A DNA stretch of 64,000 nucleotides. Source: Sulfolobales archaeon. Its GTDB lineage: Archaea; Thermoproteota; Thermoprotei_A; Sulfolobales; AG1. The position numbers and the translations under genes were made by a program. Positions 1 through 10,121 of the stretch are shown here, in pieces. Below the pieces are notes generated by a model. That model did no database searches. It saw only the letters and a program-made list of their open reading frames with translations, and was not told the DNA's origin. Every line of letters starts with the position of its first letter. Position 1 is the first letter of the stretch. The DNA lies in NCBI GenBank assembly GCA_038867615.1, contig JAWBYA010000002.1:128001-192000 (forward strand), given 5' to 3'.

Positions 1-1
1 G

Positions 2-154
2 TGCCTCTACTCAGTCGGCTATCCCGAGGCTAGCGAGATCCTGAAATACGGCTTCGTGTTCCCAATGATCCTAATAGTGCTCTTCATAGCGTTCGCACCA
101 GTGGGGCTAGCACCTATAGTATCATCAGCTCTGACTAGGTTGCAGAGGAGGTGA
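2..154 (+). CDS. C-terminal fragment of branched-chain amino acid ABC permease (LivH-like), truncated by window edge
   Basis: Frame 2 reads CLYSVGYPEASEILKYGFVFPMILIVLFIAFAPVGLAP..RR* (TGA 152-154). It is hydrophobic and directly precedes a LivM-like gene. Confidence 0.6.
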   Translation, partial: CLYSVGYPEASEILKYGFVFPMILIVLFIAFAPVGLAPIVSSALTRLQRR

Positions 155-160
155 TGATCT

Positions 161-1255
161 GTGAGCGATGTGCTCAGCCTAGTAATAGATACAATCCCCT
201 TCATAGCGATATTCGCAACAATAGCGATCTCACTGAACATAGAGTATGGATACGCAGGCCTCCCCAATTTCGGCAAAGTATTACCCGTCTTTGGCGGTGC
301 TTTAATAGCAGGCTCTATGGTTCCGAGAATGATACAAGCAATATTCCCCGACGCTCCCAAGACAGACTATATATTCAACAATGGCCCTGCATCGGTAGAG
401 CTTCAGGCTTTTATGAACACGCACTACGAGATCTCAGTGATCATGATGATCCTCGGGCTTGTAATAGCCATAGTCTTTGGAGCATCTCTCGGCCTGATCT
501 CAGCAGCACCTGCTCTAAAGCTTAGAGAGGATTACCTAGCAATAACCCTGATAGCTATGGCAGAGATCTTCAGAGCTGTCTCGAAAAACTACGATCCGAT
601 AATGAATGGTGCAAGAGGAGTCTCTGTCCCCGACCCGCTTGGGTGGCTGGGACCTAAGTCATGGGTTTATCTATATATCTCGTCCGCAATGCTTATAGCA
701 TCACTCGCTATAACAAGCTATATGCTCAGAACACCCTTAGGAAGAGCTCTTAGAGCTATGAGGGAGAATGAGGTGACTGCACAGAGCCTGGGGATAAATA
801 TAGCGTCTCTCAGGGTTAAGAGCCTCATGATCGGTTCTGCGATAGCTGCTGTTGCGGGCTATATAGATACTATGTACTCAGGAGGGCTTACCGTGGATAA
901 GTATGATAGATATCAATATACATTCATACCATGGCTCATGGTTCTAATGGGCGGTGCCGGGAATAACCTAGGCGTATTCCTAGGCGTATCTATATACTGG
1001 GTAGCCTCTAGGGCTATCAACTTCTACAAAGACCAGATACTCTCAGGCATATCATGGCTTGCAAACCTCGGGGGTTCAGGGATAGATATGAGCTGGTTCG
1101 ACGTAACAAGGGTTGAGAGAATAGCGTTCGCAGTAGTAATCATAGTCATACTGCTCCTAAGACCCCAGGGCATATTGCCCGAGAAACCAATAAAGACTCC
1201 TGGGTATAGGCTTGTAGAGGATATGATGAAGAAAAACCGAGGGACATCCTCATAA
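161..1255 (+). CDS. livM: Branched-chain amino acid ABC transporter permease (LivM-like)
   Basis: Motifs SLNIEYGYAGLPNFG, LREDYLAITL, GRALRAMRENE..A.SLGIN, LRPQGILPE; polytopic membrane protein. Confidence 0.9.
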   Translation: MSDVLSLVIDTIPFIAIFATIAISLNIEYGYAGLPNFGKVLPVFGGALIAGSMVPRMIQAIFPDAPKTDYIFNNGPASVELQAFMNTHYEISVIMMILGLVIAIVFGASLGLISAAPALKLREDYLAITLIAMAEIFRAVSKNYDPIMNGARGVSVPDPLGWLGPKSWVYLYISSAMLIASLAITSYMLRTPLGRALRAMRENEVTAQSLGINIASLRVKSLMIGSAIAAVAGYIDTMYSGGLTVDKYDRYQYTFIPWLMVLMGGAGNNLGVFLGVSIYWVASRAINFYKDQILSGISWLANLGGSGIDMSWFDVTRVERIAFAVVIIVILLLRPQGILPEKPIKTPGYRLVEDMMKKNRGTSS

Positions 1256-1374
1256 GCCGCCCAACATGCAGCAAGGATCAGTGCATGAATGTATCTTCAC
1301 AGATCCGGCTTGCCGGGTTTCATCACACCAATAACAAGATCTCGTGGTTCTATATAAATAGTTGGGGGATCCGG

Positions 1375-3198
1375 CTAGAGGAAGTCGCTGGCAACGAGCT
1401 TTACAAGGGACTCGAATTCCTTAAGATTCCTAGCTATCCTCCCTATCCTAAGCCCCATATACTTCCTAATATCCTTAGACATGAACCTCCTATCACCGAG
1501 GACAACCAACGCTCTATCATCCTCGCCCCTCACGGCCCTCCCTATAGCCTGCAGTACCTTCATAGATGCCGTCATATTGTATATATAGTCCCAAGCCTCA
1601 TCCTCCGAGACCCTTTTTCTCATACTCTTGAAAATCTCATCCACGTACTCATCCTTCTGGGGGTAGGGAACACCTGCTACGAATACACACCTGATCATGG
1701 ATCTATTGTTAGCAACGAGCTCTATCCCCTCAGAAAGCTTTCCTCCCGCAACTGCGTGAACCAAACCGCCATCCCTATCTATACTTCTAACAAGATCCTC
1801 TATGGTGGTGCCTCTATTCTCAACAAACCCCTGGTTTTGAAGCCTATCAACAACATTTCTCATGAACTCATAGCTTGGATATATAACTAGTTTTACGCCG
1901 TCAATGAATCTATCGATCACTTCTATGTATTTTGAATATAGATCATACATGTTGGGGCTCCTCTCACTATACCTAGAGCTCAGCCCGCTTGTAAGCACAG
2001 TAGCTATATTGCCATAAGGCGACCAAGAGCCCAGCTCAAGAGCGTCTATGTAGCTGGCACCCTGTATACCTAGGATCCTCTCAATATATTCAAGAGTAGG
2101 GGGTGTTCCCGACATTAAAAGAGAGGCTCTATACATTGAGAGTGCTTCGGACACAACACTATGATCTATAGCTGTTATCTTGATCCACACGCTCATCCCA
2201 TTCCTATATGCAAAAACCTCGAACCTGGGATCCTCTAGCAAGGCTATCGCGAGCGAGACCTTAACCAACGAGATCCTTTTTGAAGCAGCCTCACCCACAG
2301 AACCTCTCGAGAGGATTCTATCGAGAGCCCTTCTCTTCACCTCGAGAGCTATGTTGATCAGGTGTTCTATAGCGTCTGTATCGATACTGAGAAGAGATCT
2401 ATCTATCTTTCTAAGCCTATCATCCACAGCCCTTTCTCCAGCAAGCCTTAAGATCCTGTTTAGAAGAGCTTCTGAGAAAGGGTCTCCTCCGAGATACTCC
2501 CTGATCTCGTGGATAGAAGCCTCTATCTTAGAGGTGCTTATCTCCGAAGAAAATATCGATGATGGGTCTGTAAGCATATGGGCCTCGTCTATCACAGCAA
2601 AAAACTCTCCAGGATCTTCCTCTGGATATATGGTTGAGAAGAGATCTTTAGAGAACACGTAGGGATATGTTGCTACAACATATTGAGATCCTCTGGCTAG
2701 CTTGGCGAGCGAGAAGAAAGGACACGAACCAAGATCCCTTGAGATCCTCTTCACAGCATCAACATGATTCTCCGAGACGCTGAGGATCTCTTCGACATCT
2801 TCCTCAGGGACTAAAAGGGATTTCTTATAATAGCTACACCTCCCACTCTCCCTCAGGATCTGGCAGTTTAGCCAGAAATCCTCAGGATCTATCCTCTCAC
2901 TGCTCAGAAGAGGGCACATGGCGTGGGCTGAGTGTATAAAGCTATACCTAACACCCTTAACCTTTTTTGATAATCGCTTGAGATCCCTTAGAACAGGGGT
3001 TATCTCATTCCTAGTCCTCACAGAATGGATCGCTGGCGACCTCATCATGCCCGTAGCTATAGCGACAGCCGTCTTTCCAAACCCTGTTGGGGCTCTGAGG
3101 ACTAGGAGTCTTGATAACCCTATCTCCTCCCTGATCCTCTTGAGAACCTCCCTCTGACCTGGTCTGAAGCTCTCGTAGGGGAAGAACTCTTCAGCCAT
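1375..3198 (-). CDS. XPD/DinG-family Fe-S DNA helicase
   Basis: Q motif FPYESFRPGQ, Walker A APTGFGKT, four Cys of the Fe-S domain, DEAH box, SEGI, QAIGRAVR. Confidence 0.9.
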   Translation of the reverse strand: MAEEFFPYESFRPGQREVLKRIREEIGLSRLLVLRAPTGFGKTAVAIATGMMRSPAIHSVRTRNEITPVLRDLKRLSKKVKGVRYSFIHSAHAMCPLLSSERIDPEDFWLNCQILRESGRCSYYKKSLLVPEEDVEEILSVSENHVDAVKRISRDLGSCPFFSLAKLARGSQYVVATYPYVFSKDLFSTIYPEEDPGEFFAVIDEAHMLTDPSSIFSSEISTSKIEASIHEIREYLGGDPFSEALLNRILRLAGERAVDDRLRKIDRSLLSIDTDAIEHLINIALEVKRRALDRILSRGSVGEAASKRISLVKVSLAIALLEDPRFEVFAYRNGMSVWIKITAIDHSVVSEALSMYRASLLMSGTPPTLEYIERILGIQGASYIDALELGSWSPYGNIATVLTSGLSSRYSERSPNMYDLYSKYIEVIDRFIDGVKLVIYPSYEFMRNVVDRLQNQGFVENRGTTIEDLVRSIDRDGGLVHAVAGGKLSEGIELVANNRSMIRCVFVAGVPYPQKDEYVDEIFKSMRKRVSEDEAWDYIYNMTASMKVLQAIGRAVRGEDDRALVVLGDRRFMSKDIRKYMGLRIGRIARNLKEFESLVKLVASDFL

Positions 3199-3814
3199 TT
3201 CTATGCACCCTAGATATAAAGATCCTATAGAGCTTCACCCTGGTGAAATGCCCTATCAAGGCAACAATGGCGAAGGAGAGTATAATTGCTATTGCTATGC
3301 CCCTAGCTATCTCAACGCCTATACCGAGCATTGGGGTTATAATTATAGCCAACCCTCCAGAGATCATCAGGATCTCGATCACAATAATAGATCCTATAAT
3401 ACCTAGGTAGATAGCTTTATTACTAAGCCTATATCCAGAACTCTCAATACCCCATAGATAGCCTTGGTAAAGGTTCCTACATCTCTTGAGATGATAGGAA
3501 CCATATATAAATATGAGGGCAAGGATTGTGAGGAGCCATGGGGTGTTGAGAATCACCTCTACTATAAATACTACTACCGAGGAGAACAGTATAAGAAAGC
3601 CCTCAACAACCCTATAAACACTAGTCCCCTCAGAGAGCCTCGAGAGGATCCTAGGAATCAATCCGCTGGGGTTCGCAGCAAGCACCCTGTATAATATATC
3701 CTGGCAATTAATAACCAGGCGGATCCAGCGTTTGGTCAAAAGATCAAGGCTAGGAGATCTCTGCAGGCTAGACAGAGATCCTCGATATAAAAGAACATCG
3801 AAAGCATCAACCAA
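3191..3814 (-). CDS. Hypothetical membrane protein
   Basis: 207 aa with ~4 hydrophobic helices; stop overlaps the helicase start (probable operon). Confidence 0.7.
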   Translation of the reverse strand: MVDAFDVLLYRGSLSSLQRSPSLDLLTKRWIRLVINCQDILYRVLAANPSGLIPRILSRLSEGTSVYRVVEGFLILFSSVVVFIVEVILNTPWLLTILALIFIYGSYHLKRCRNLYQGYLWGIESSGYRLSNKAIYLGIIGSIIVIEILMISGGLAIIITPMLGIGVEIARGIAIAIILSFAIVALIGHFTRVKLYRIFISRVHRNG

Positions 3815-3887
3815 TATTCAGGAACAAGCAGCACTATCGCTAGCTCAATATAATATTTGCAAGCATATCTATGGTGGAGGGATAGCC

Positions 3888-4625
3888 TTGGCAGTAATTA
3901 TAAGATGGTGGGGTCACGCGTGCTTCGAGATCCTCTATAGCGGTGTATCGATAACAATAGACCCTCACGATGGAGCTTCTATAGGGCTTAAGAAACCGGG
4001 GGCGAGATCTGATTATGTTCTGATGAGCCATGAGCATTTCGATCACAACGCATACAGGGTTGTGCTTAAAGAGGGAGGTAAATATCTCTCCATGGCTGTT
4101 GGGGAGAACATCCTTGGCCCCTTCAAGGTGAGGGGTATACAGACGTTCCATGATAAGGAGAGGGGGAGAAGGAGGGGGAGGAATGTGGCCTATGTTATTG
4201 AGACCCCCGATGGTTTCAGAATCTTCCATGCTGGTGATCTGGGACACGTGCTTGAGAAGGATCATTTGAGAGAAACGGGCGAGATACACCTAGCCTTATT
4301 ACCGGTCGGAGGTACATTTACAATAGATCATGAGGAAGCCCTCCAGGTGTTCTCATCCCTCAATGCCAAGGTAATGGTTCCGATGCACTACTGGGTTAAG
4401 GGTGTGAATCTCCCCCTAAACACTATAGATAAGCTTGTTGAGAGGGCTAAGAAAGAATATAAGATCTACTGGGTAGATGGTAGCGAGATAGAGGTTTCAG
4501 GAAAACCTGGCTCTGTATCGATAACATCTAAACATAGCTGTAGGGATGAGGCTTCCGGAAAGATCCTGGAGAGGTGCGGGATCGAGGTGGGGGATAGGGC
4601 AATAGTGATCCTAAGTATAGGGTAG
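3888..4625 (+). CDS. MBL-fold metallo-hydrolase
   Basis: WWGHACF, SHEHFDH, HAGDLGH, LPVGG, PMHY motifs; TTG start at 3888 follows a GGAGG ribosome site. Confidence 0.9.
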   Translation: MAVIIRWWGHACFEILYSGVSITIDPHDGASIGLKKPGARSDYVLMSHEHFDHNAYRVVLKEGGKYLSMAVGENILGPFKVRGIQTFHDKERGRRRGRNVAYVIETPDGFRIFHAGDLGHVLEKDHLRETGEIHLALLPVGGTFTIDHEEALQVFSSLNAKVMVPMHYWVKGVNLPLNTIDKLVERAKKEYKIYWVDGSEIEVSGKPGSVSITSKHSCRDEASGKILERCGIEVGDRAIVILSIG

Positions 4626-4630
4626 CCAGC

Positions 4631-5026
4631 ATGCCCATAGGTAAGAGGGAGCTTGCATCCTACCTCCTTCTCTACAGCTCTGGCAGAGAGGTTATAAGCA
4701 TGGATCATGCGAGAGAGATCCTGGAACTCATACTACCTAGAAGAGCCGTTAGAAGCGTGATCAGGATACTCGCTAAATCAGGGTTCATAGGTTTGAATAA
4801 CAAGGAGATAAGGATTCACAAACCCGAAGAGGCTATGGGGAACTATCTCTCACAATATATAAAATCAAGGATCGAGAGAAACGCCAAGTCTAGGCACATA
4901 CCATACAGGATCGAGAAAGTACGGGATAATATAGAGAAAATATACATTGACGGCGTTAAATGCGGAGAGAAGATCAACATAGGGGGAAGAATAGAGATCA
5001 TATGTAAAACAAACACAAATGAGTAG
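4631..5026 (+). CDS. Hypothetical protein, possible winged-helix N-terminus
   Basis: 131 aa ORF 5 nt after the MBL gene; RSVIRILAKSGFI is helix-wing-like. Confidence 0.65.
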   Translation: MPIGKRELASYLLLYSSGREVISMDHAREILELILPRRAVRSVIRILAKSGFIGLNNKEIRIHKPEEAMGNYLSQYIKSRIERNAKSRHIPYRIEKVRDNIEKIYIDGVKCGEKINIGGRIEIICKTNTNE

Positions 5027-5240
5027 ACGGGATAGAACATCTCCGAAGCATAACAATCTATTACTCGATATTCTTTTTAGATCTGAGTTTTATAGCATTT
5101 AATACCTGGATACTAAACATTCGCTCCGGGCTTCTATAGACCTTACAACCTCCCTCATCGAAGCCCGTATCATTTATTCAAAATAGTCTCAACCCCATAG
5201 CTCTTCCAGCCCTGGCTATCTATAGAGATCATCAGGCGCT

Positions 5241-5594
5241 CTACTCCGATTTCTCTTCGAGTAGCTCGACCGTTATTCTTGCTTTAACCTTAGTCCCTGG
5301 CAATGGTGGTGGAGACGTACCAAGTTCTGCGGCAAACACTACGGTGTTTCCAGCAGAGTCGGTGAACTTGATCTCTGCTATGAATGTTTTCTTAGGAGTC
5401 TCCGTAATGCTCCTCATAAGAGTATCATAGATCCTTGTTAAAGCCATCTGTAGAGCTATAGGGCTCGCGAAGTCCTCCGGCCTGAGGGTTATGCTCTTGA
5501 AGGTGCTCATCACCTCACCTATCCTTGCCGTCCCCTCAAACACTATCCTGATAGGAGCGCTCTCCTCACCCTCAGTTTCTCTACCCATTTTCAC
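5241..5594 (-). CDS. Conserved hypothetical protein
   Basis: 117 aa ORF with typical codon usage and GGTG upstream; no family recognised. Confidence 0.75.
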   Translation of the reverse strand: MKMGRETEGEESAPIRIVFEGTARIGEVMSTFKSITLRPEDFASPIALQMALTRIYDTLMRSITETPKKTFIAEIKFTDSAGNTVVFAAELGTSPPPLPGTKVKARITVELLEEKSE

Positions 5595-5720
5595 ACCAAC
5601 TATTTTTTCTAAGACACCTTATACGTTGCCATACCTAGTGGCTTAGCAATAGATGATTCGGTGTAGCGTTCAGGCTTTATAGCTGGAAAAAGGTTTAGGT
5701 GGTCGTGATCGCTATCCAGC

Positions 5721-6368
5721 CTATAAGAGGTATAGATCGTCTTCTCTTGGTTCTCTAAGTATTCCTGATTCCATTATATATATCCTATCTCCAGCTAGTT
5801 TAGCCATCTCTGAGTCTTGCTCAGCTATCAACATAGTTATGCCTTTCCTCATCATGCCTTTGAGGATCTCTGCTATCTCTACCTTCATCCTTAGGAAAAG
5901 CCCTGAGGATGGCTCATCTATTAGCAAGAGCTTTGCGTCTGAGTTATAAGCCATTGCGAGTGAGAGTATCTTATACTCACCACCGCTAAGATATCCCGCC
6001 TTTACCTTGAGCCTCTTCTCGAGAACCGGGAAGAGGGATATATCGTAGTCCTTCTTAACAAGCCTCAGATTATCCTCCACAGTAAGGTTTCTGAAGGCAG
6101 CATCTCTATCTGGTATATATCTTATCCCCAGGGAGATTCTCTCATTGAGGCTTTTGCTGGTTATATCGATACCTCTATACAGTATAGACCCCGATGATGG
6201 CTTCAAGGAACCCGCTATCGCCTTTAAGAGCGCAGTCTTACCACTACCGTTAGGTCCCAGCACTACCACAGATTCTTTTTCATGTACAACTAGATCCGCT
6301 TTTTCAACGTTAACCATGTTGCCTTGCTGGCATCTAAGCCCTCTAACCTCTAGAAGCCCCCTCACCAT
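5721..6368 (-). CDS. livF: ABC ATP-binding protein (LivF-like)
   Basis: GPNGSGKT, LSGGE, LLIDEPS; ATG at 6368 follows GGAGGTGG. Confidence 0.85.
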   Translation of the reverse strand: MVRGLLEVRGLRCQQGNMVNVEKADLVVHEKESVVVLGPNGSGKTALLKAIAGSLKPSSGSILYRGIDITSKSLNERISLGIRYIPDRDAAFRNLTVEDNLRLVKKDYDISLFPVLEKRLKVKAGYLSGGEYKILSLAMAYNSDAKLLLIDEPSSGLFLRMKVEIAEILKGMMRKGITMLIAEQDSEMAKLAGDRIYIMESGILREPREDDLYLL

Positions 6369-7044
6369 AACCACCTCCCAGGAGGAGTTTTCTAACCATA
6401 CCCATGGCTTCTTCAACTGGTGCGTCAAAAACTATTTTTCCCGCGTTCATGGCTACGATCCTTTTTGCGAGTCTGCTGAGGTGAGAGATCTTGTGCTCTA
6501 TTATTATAACGCCTATCCCCAGCTCCCTATATATATCGCTTATCAGCTCCCCAAGCTCTGCAGCAGCACTTGATATAAGCCCTGCGAAGGGTTCGTCGAG
6601 TAATAGGAGCTTGGGTTTAAGGGCTAGGCATCTCGCGATCTCAAGCCTCCTGATCTCGCCAAGGGTAAGGCTTCTCGGGCTTCTCTGTCTCTTCTCCCAA
6701 AGCCCTGTTCTCTTCAATGCATACTCAACAATGGATCTATCCCTGGTAACACCCTCTATATTCTCCTCGATAGATAGTGACCAGAAGATCTTTGGCTGCT
6801 GGAATGTCCTAAGAATCCCCATCCTAACCCTATCCTCGATAGATGCCCTAGCTATATCGCTACCCATGAATAAGATGCTCCCGCGATCAGGCTTCACATG
6901 CCCCGTTATAGTGTTAAATAGTGTAGTCTTTCCACTACCATTGGGCCCTATAATGCCTACCAACTCTCGATCTATCTTGAGGGATATGTTGTCTAGAGCA
7001 ACTATCCCTCCAAACCTCTTACTTACGGATCTTAGTTCCAGCAA
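6343..7044 (-). CDS. livG: ABC ATP-binding protein (LivG-like)
   Basis: SKRFGGIVAL, GPNGSGKTT, RTFQ, LLLDEPFAGL, IEH. Confidence 0.9.
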   Translation of the reverse strand: MLELRSVSKRFGGIVALDNISLKIDRELVGIIGPNGSGKTTLFNTITGHVKPDRGSILFMGSDIARASIEDRVRMGILRTFQQPKIFWSLSIEENIEGVTRDRSIVEYALKRTGLWEKRQRSPRSLTLGEIRRLEIARCLALKPKLLLLDEPFAGLISSAAAELGELISDIYRELGIGVIIIEHKISHLSRLAKRIVAMNAGKIVFDAPVEEAMGMVRKLLLGGGYGEGASRG

Positions 7045-7936
7045 CCCCTAACACCACCCTTGCTGCATATATGGTTAACAAAAGGCTTGACGCAACCACG
7101 AGCCTGAGGTCATACATAGCAGCCCTCATAAAGTTATCAAGCCACCATATCCCCATACCGCCTAGGAATGAATAGAGCGCTGAGCCGGGCTTGTAGAGGG
7201 CGCTAGCCATTAACGCATAGATCAGGACTGGCATCGGGTCTGCCAACTCTATACTTGCCACCCCGCTAACCTGCGTATACGGGATCATAACCGCGGTGAC
7301 CATGAGCGTACACACTACGTGTGTCAAGATCTTTACCCTTACTACGCCTATGCCAGAGGACTCTGCGAGAGTCTCATCATCCCTAATCATTGCTAGCTTT
7401 ATAGCAAGCCTCGTCCCCAGAAGGATAAAGAGAAGGGATAATACGCCCATTGATATTGCTAGGGAGAGGTAATAGAGGTGTGTGGGGCTGCTTAGGAGAG
7501 GTTTTACATAGATCCCGACATCCCCGCCAAACACCTCTGGAAAGAGCCTCGCTATTGGTGCCAGTGTGAATGGATAGAGGAGAGTTGCAACTGAGTAGAA
7601 AGGCCCTCTAAGCTTGAGCATCGGGACGAGTATCGCTATTGAGAAGAGCATTGACAGCGGAAAGGCTGCCAGGATGGCTAGAGCCGTGGGGAGCCTTTCA
7701 AGTGTTATTGCTATTGAGAAGGCTGACGATGCTACAATATATGTATAGCCTAGGTTTATATAGCCGCTCCTTATATAGAAGAAATCATATATAGAGACCA
7801 GCGCTCCGAAGAGTAAGAGAAGCGATAATAGTGTTAGCATGTATGAGGAAAGACCTAGCATTGGTAGTATAGACATTGATATGAGGATAACGGCCAGGGG
7901 TATAAGCTCTCCATAACTGATCTCCTTCAAGCCCAT
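7019..7936 (-). CDS. livM: ABC permease (LivM-like)
   Basis: GYINLG, LRGPFYSVATL, IRDDETLAESSGI; polytopic membrane protein. Confidence 0.85.
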   Translation of the reverse strand: MGLKEISYGELIPLAVILISMSILPMLGLSSYMLTLLSLLLLFGALVSIYDFFYIRSGYINLGYTYIVASSAFSIAITLERLPTALAILAAFPLSMLFSIAILVPMLKLRGPFYSVATLLYPFTLAPIARLFPEVFGGDVGIYVKPLLSSPTHLYYLSLAISMGVLSLLFILLGTRLAIKLAMIRDDETLAESSGIGVVRVKILTHVVCTLMVTAVMIPYTQVSGVASIELADPMPVLIYALMASALYKPGSALYSFLGGMGIWWLDNFMRAAMYDLRLVVASSLLLTIYAARVVLGVAGTKIRK

Positions 7937-8760
7937 CTAACACCCCTCCCAAAGATCCCCTCAGGCCTTAGGAGAAGAACGGATATTAAAATCGTGAGAG
8001 GAATTAGATCCTTAGCGGGAGACCCTATATAGTATGCCGCGAGAGACTGTGTGAATGATAGTATCATAGAAGATGCTAGTGCTCCCATAGCACTTCCAAG
8101 ACCACCCACTATGACTACCGCAAGCACTATTGTTAAATAATACCAGCCCACGTGGGGGTATATAGCATATAGGGGGGTTATGGCTATAGATGCTACTGAG
8201 GCGAAGAGAGAAGCTATCATGAATGACAGCATGCTTGTTACCCTCACGTTGATCCCCATGTACCTAGCTAGATCTTCGTTCTCTGCCACAGCAGCCATTC
8301 TCTTACCAATCATTGTGCGGCTCATCATCACGTAGAAAGCCAGCAGGGAAGCGATCGAAGAGAAAGCAGCTATAACCCACTGGGCAGAGATCCCCATGAT
8401 ATCGCCAGGTGCTATTACTAGAGAGATAAGCCTAGCGCCATATATCTTTAGAAGCACACCCTCTATTAGAAGAGCAACTGCTATTGAGACTACTATAGAT
8501 AGTATTAGATCCTTTCTAAAGATCCACAGGACAAGCCAGAGAATAGCGCCTATAACGAGGGATAATAGCACAGATATGGGAAGAGCCATCACAGCTGGCA
8601 TGAAGTTGAGGAGAGTGCTAGCTATGTATGAGGTTAGTATTATCTGAGCCCCATAGGCCAGGTTAACTATCCTAGACACGCCTAGGACAAGGTTAAAACC
8701 GATTGCCATGAGCATATAAACCAATCCAACTATTACTGAGAATAAAAACACCTCTAGCAA
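7927..8760 (-). CDS. livH: ABC permease (LivH-like)
   Basis: AIGFNLVLGVSRIVNLAYG, AVAENEDLARYMGIN, IVGGLGS, RPEGIFG. Confidence 0.9.
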   Translation of the reverse strand: MLEVFLFSVIVGLVYMLMAIGFNLVLGVSRIVNLAYGAQIILTSYIASTLLNFMPAVMALPISVLLSLVIGAILWLVLWIFRKDLILSIVVSIAVALLIEGVLLKIYGARLISLVIAPGDIMGISAQWVIAAFSSIASLLAFYVMMSRTMIGKRMAAVAENEDLARYMGINVRVTSMLSFMIASLFASVASIAITPLYAIYPHVGWYYLTIVLAVVIVGGLGSAMGALASSMILSFTQSLAAYYIGSPAKDLIPLTILISVLLLRPEGIFGRGVRWA

Positions 8761-8775
8761 GAGCTATCCCCACAG

Positions 8776-10017
8776 CTACTTAGAGAGCCATGGGGGTGGT
8801 TGGAACCTCGCATCAGCATACTTAGAAGGCCATATAACCGCAAGCTTTCCACCAGGTAGCCATTGGAGAGCCATTGTCGCTATGTAATCCTCACCATACA
8901 TCGCTGAATGCCCCTTAGTGAAGACCCACCTGCCGGTGATCCCTTGGTAACCGTTCTTTTCAATATAGTCAGCAACCGCATCGCCATCGAATTTTCCTGT
9001 GGCTTCTACAGCCTTCTTCCACGCATATACAGCATCATAGATATATGGTGCGTAGAAGAGCGGGTCATAGCCGTATTTCTGTTTAAATGCATCGTAGAAA
9101 GCCTTAAGCTTTGGATCAGCGCCAGCGCCTCTACCATATGAGAAGAATATAAATACCTGATATGCAGTCTTCCCCCCAGTTATGTTCCACTGCTCGGGTC
9201 TCATTCCAACACCATCGAACTGGATTAGCACAAACGAGGGCTTCAAGTCGTCATAGTCTCTCTGGAGGAATTTGGCATCGCCGTATGCGCTCCATACTAG
9301 TAGTAGCTGGACACCGCTATCTCTAGCCTTTGTTAGGTGCGGTACAAAGCTGGTGGTTTTACCAATATCTATTGTCCCCTCATATACAAGTTCAAAACCA
9401 TCTTGCTTGATAGCATTCTTAACGGTGCTGACCACAGGAGCCGTCCATGGCGCGTTATCATATAACAAACCGAACCTCTTTAGACCGAGTTGCTGTGCGA
9501 TCATCTTCGCTGGGTAATATACGAAGAGGGTATGTGTGGAGGCGTTTGTGTTGAACCTAAACCAATATCTATACCCGGGATTGTTGCTCACATTAACATC
9601 GATAACATCGCTAGTAGCACCCATAGCGAAAACCGGGATCTTGTACTGCTGGATCAGGGGTAGGATGGCTAGCCCGACAGGGCTTGCATGTATTCCGAAC
9701 ACAGCAACTACTTTGTCTTCCTCAACAAGCTTTCTAAACCCGCTCACACCCTTATCAGGTGCGTTTCCATCGTCGTATGTAACGATCTCGATCTTTCTTC
9801 CCAGCACACCACCAGCTCTATTTATTTCTTCAACCGCCAGTTGCACAGATTTCAACCCAACATCGCCAAACTCTGTCTGAAGGGGGCCCAGGAATCCTAT
9901 CTTCACAGTACCAGTTGCCTGTGGTTGGCTCATCATTACTACCAGGGCGGCCCCTATAGCTGCTATCACGATTATAGCGGCTATTATGATTATATATGTT
10001 CTCGATAATGCTCTCAT
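8776..10017 (-). CDS. ABC substrate-binding protein (LivK/type I PBP; amino acid or aromatic ligand)
   Basis: N-terminal anchor helix, KIGFLGPL, AVEEINRAGGVLGRKIE, YDAVY. Confidence 0.9.
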   Translation of the reverse strand: MRALSRTYIIIIAAIIVIAAIGAALVVMMSQPQATGTVKIGFLGPLQTEFGDVGLKSVQLAVEEINRAGGVLGRKIEIVTYDDGNAPDKGVSGFRKLVEEDKVVAVFGIHASPVGLAILPLIQQYKIPVFAMGATSDVIDVNVSNNPGYRYWFRFNTNASTHTLFVYYPAKMIAQQLGLKRFGLLYDNAPWTAPVVSTVKNAIKQDGFELVYEGTIDIGKTTSFVPHLTKARDSGVQLLLVWSAYGDAKFLQRDYDDLKPSFVLIQFDGVGMRPEQWNITGGKTAYQVFIFFSYGRGAGADPKLKAFYDAFKQKYGYDPLFYAPYIYDAVYAWKKAVEATGKFDGDAVADYIEKNGYQGITGRWVFTKGHSAMYGEDYIATMALQWLPGGKLAVIWPSKYADARFQPPPWLSK

Positions 10018-10061
10018 TAAACCACCTTTTTATATATAGAAATAGTCAGCTATATATTATC

Positions 10062-10092
10062 ATCTAATTCTGTTTGATTATGTATATTTAAG
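10062..10092 (+). promoter_or_regulatory. Operator-like motif plus TATA upstream of the Bat-type regulator
   Basis: ATCTAATT-ctg-TTTGATTA-TGTATATTTAAG; a near-identical motif lies upstream of hpaD (14561-14593, minus). Confidence 0.55.
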
Positions 10093-10121
10093 TTTCTTAT
10101 TGACACACGCAGTGAGACCCC

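Noticed and set aside
5241-5594. Arcadin-1 assignment for the 117-aa protein
   Set aside because: The sequence does not match what I recall of arcadin-1, and no crenactin cluster is nearby.
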